Assembly (NCBI RefSeq): GCF_001194135.2
Contig: NC_069000.1
Coordinates: 47,060,130 to 47,124,129 of the forward strand
Length of the DNA stretch: 64,000 nt
Direction of reading: 5' to 3'
From: Octopus bimaculoides
Taxonomy: Eukaryota
Numbering within the stretch: position 1 is the first letter of the stretch; every line of letters starts with the position of its first letter. Both the position numbers and the translations under genes were made by a program. Under the pieces are notes generated by a model, which worked only from the letters and a program-made list of their open reading frames with translations, did no database searches and was not told where the DNA came from. Below are positions 61,881 to 64,000 of this stretch, one piece after another.

Positions 61881-62328
61881 CCGTGGGAGATGAAATTGCA
61901 GGCTGCTGAGCTAACTATATATATATATATCTTCGGAGATATAAAAGCATGCAAACATATATGTAAAAGTATATATAAAGATGTCTAGATGTGAGGCCTA
62001 ACTGACAGAAAGGAACAAATCCCACAGTGCAGGGTTGAACCGAACATCCATTCCCGGTCCCAAAAGAGATAGGGACTGACTGGGACATTGCTCAAAGAGT
62101 TGACTGGAATGGCCTGAGCAAATACCAATAAATGGTGAATGCAGCAAACATGTGGCAGTGGTACATGTGACATACTTGACCTAACACAACATACAAAGGA
62201 TGCAGTGTTCAAATCTGGATCAGGCATTTTTCCTTCTATCATAGGGCATATAATACAAATACAAACATTGTTATAAACTAAACTTCAACATACATATATA
62301 TATATATAAATATAAAATATATATACAC

Positions 62329-62359
<31 letters not shown>

Positions 62360-62617
62360 TACATGTATGAGTGGCTATGTGTCACACTATACATATATAT
62401 ATATATATATAGACTACTTCCTTAAATGTAGAGAGAGACACCTAACACCATACCATATATGGAGTTGATTATAGTAGGCGTTATAGAAAATGAAACTGAA
62501 GGAGAATCATATAAAAAGAAATTTCTACATTGAGGGTATATATGTATATAAGCATGTATGTATGGGAATGCATTGACATATGAAGTGGAGTCAAGTATTT
62601 CAACAAGAGTTACACAT

Positions 62618-62668
<51 letters not shown>

Positions 62669-64000
62669 GATGGCCTCTCACACCTACCCTACAATGTCCT
62701 TCTAAAAATAAACAATCACATCATTGTAATCTTGAAGCTACAAGATAAAGCATGATTAATTCAAAACAATGTGAATAAATAAGGATTATATTTGACTTAG
62801 AGTAATCTCAATGTTAAAGGGTTAATCAGGTTATTTGGATTTGAATTAAAGTGTTTTGGTGTACCGCGACCAAGCAAATGTGTGGATGCTTGGGCTGCGG
62901 TTGAGGAAAACTGAAGACACTGGAAAAAGAACGAGAGGGGTTACATGCAAAACGAAATTTGTTAACACACAGAAATCGAGGTTAATGGTTATTAAATCAA
63001 AACACAGTGAATAAATGACACACACACACACATGCATACATGAACATCCATACTGTATATACTTGTGTAAAAGTCAAATTTTTTAGATCATTTTTAAGGT
63101 CAAATTTATGGGGTCGACTATTACATGGCTACTACTTTTGAGGGGCTGAAATTCAAGCTAGAATCCGAAGTACTGTATCAGTAGCAGAAGCCCAACTGAT
63201 CTCTAAGCGAATAAAAACAAAAACACAATGAATTACAGTAACATTACCAGTTCTACGCCCGAGTAAATAACAAAACCCATAAACAAGACTGCGTAGCTTC
63301 TTATAAATATTTACATTTTCTCTTTTATTCGTATCCATCAAACTTAACAGCCTAGCTGAGCGAAATCCATTTATATCTCATTATTATGTTACCACCGGTA
63401 ACATACCTGTCTGGTACCAGCATGCCACTACCTACCGTAATACAAGTGCATACATACTTGGCAAGTTTCACATCATAACTCTTCGAAAACATTACACTAT
63501 TTTCATGTTCTGCCAAACTCCAGGGTTCCCTGAAAGTTATCAGGGATTCCACATTTTTAAAAATAATGTCGAAGGATTCCGCAGTAAAAAAAAAGTTTGG
63601 AAACCACTGATCGAGTGATTAAACTGAATGTTTTCGGCTTAGCGCAGTCACGCCTCTGCACGAATTCCTTCAGAGGTGTTGACTGTTGTGCGCCGACAAT
63701 TGCTGTCTGTGGAACACGTTTCAGACGAACCTATGACGCACGTGTTCCCTGTATTTGGGGACGAAGAAAATATCTGTGACCTGTGTGTGTGTGTGTGTGT
63801 GTGTGTTTGTCTCTATGTGCGCGTGCTTGTTCTTGTCTGTGTGTGTGTGTGTATGCTTGTTCTTGTCTGTGTGTGTGTATGTGCATGCTTGGTCTTGGCT
63901 GTGTGCGTGCTTGTTTTTGCCTGTGTGTCTGCCTGTTCTGTTTTTATGTATTTATGTGTTGTGGAACGTAGATAGAACGAAATTATGCCAGCAAAAAGCC

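Noticed and set aside
61990-62200. Protein-looking frames (EHPFPVPKEIGTDWDIAQRVDW...; LHCGICSF) as ZDHHC exon 1
   Set aside because: No DPCG motif or TM pattern, internal stops, no matching splice sites.

Overview
AT-rich, microsatellite-dense eukaryotic DNA from a gapped draft assembly (13 N-runs). The repeat landscape ((AAT)n/(CA)n/(TA)n plus several tRNA-headed SINE families) suggests a coleoid cephalopod (octopus-like); this is an inference. Two intron-containing genes lie on the minus strand. (1) A complete 15-coding-exon SLC5 sodium:solute symporter of the SMCT/SMVT/NIS clade, CDS 18803 to 2426. I assembled it by hand with consistent GT-AG phases (1869 nt, 622 aa). (2) The 3' portion of a ZDHHC3/7-like (Drosophila Dnz1-like) palmitoyltransferase, DHHC exon 45280-45171, stop at 37740. 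One obligatory exon is absent from the visible sequence (probably in the gap 43754-44205), the N-terminal exons were not found, and two microexons are candidates. Between the genes, about 26-29.7 kb is CpG-rich and promoter-like. Also present: a degenerate Penelope-like element, mariner/Tc1 relics, several MITEs, many SINEs, minisatellites and a 5.8S rRNA-like fragment inside an SLC5 intron. Almost all entries in the ORF track are microsatellite or N-gap artefacts. I found no convincing wholly new biological system; the best leads are regulatory, splicing and RNA-structure observations.
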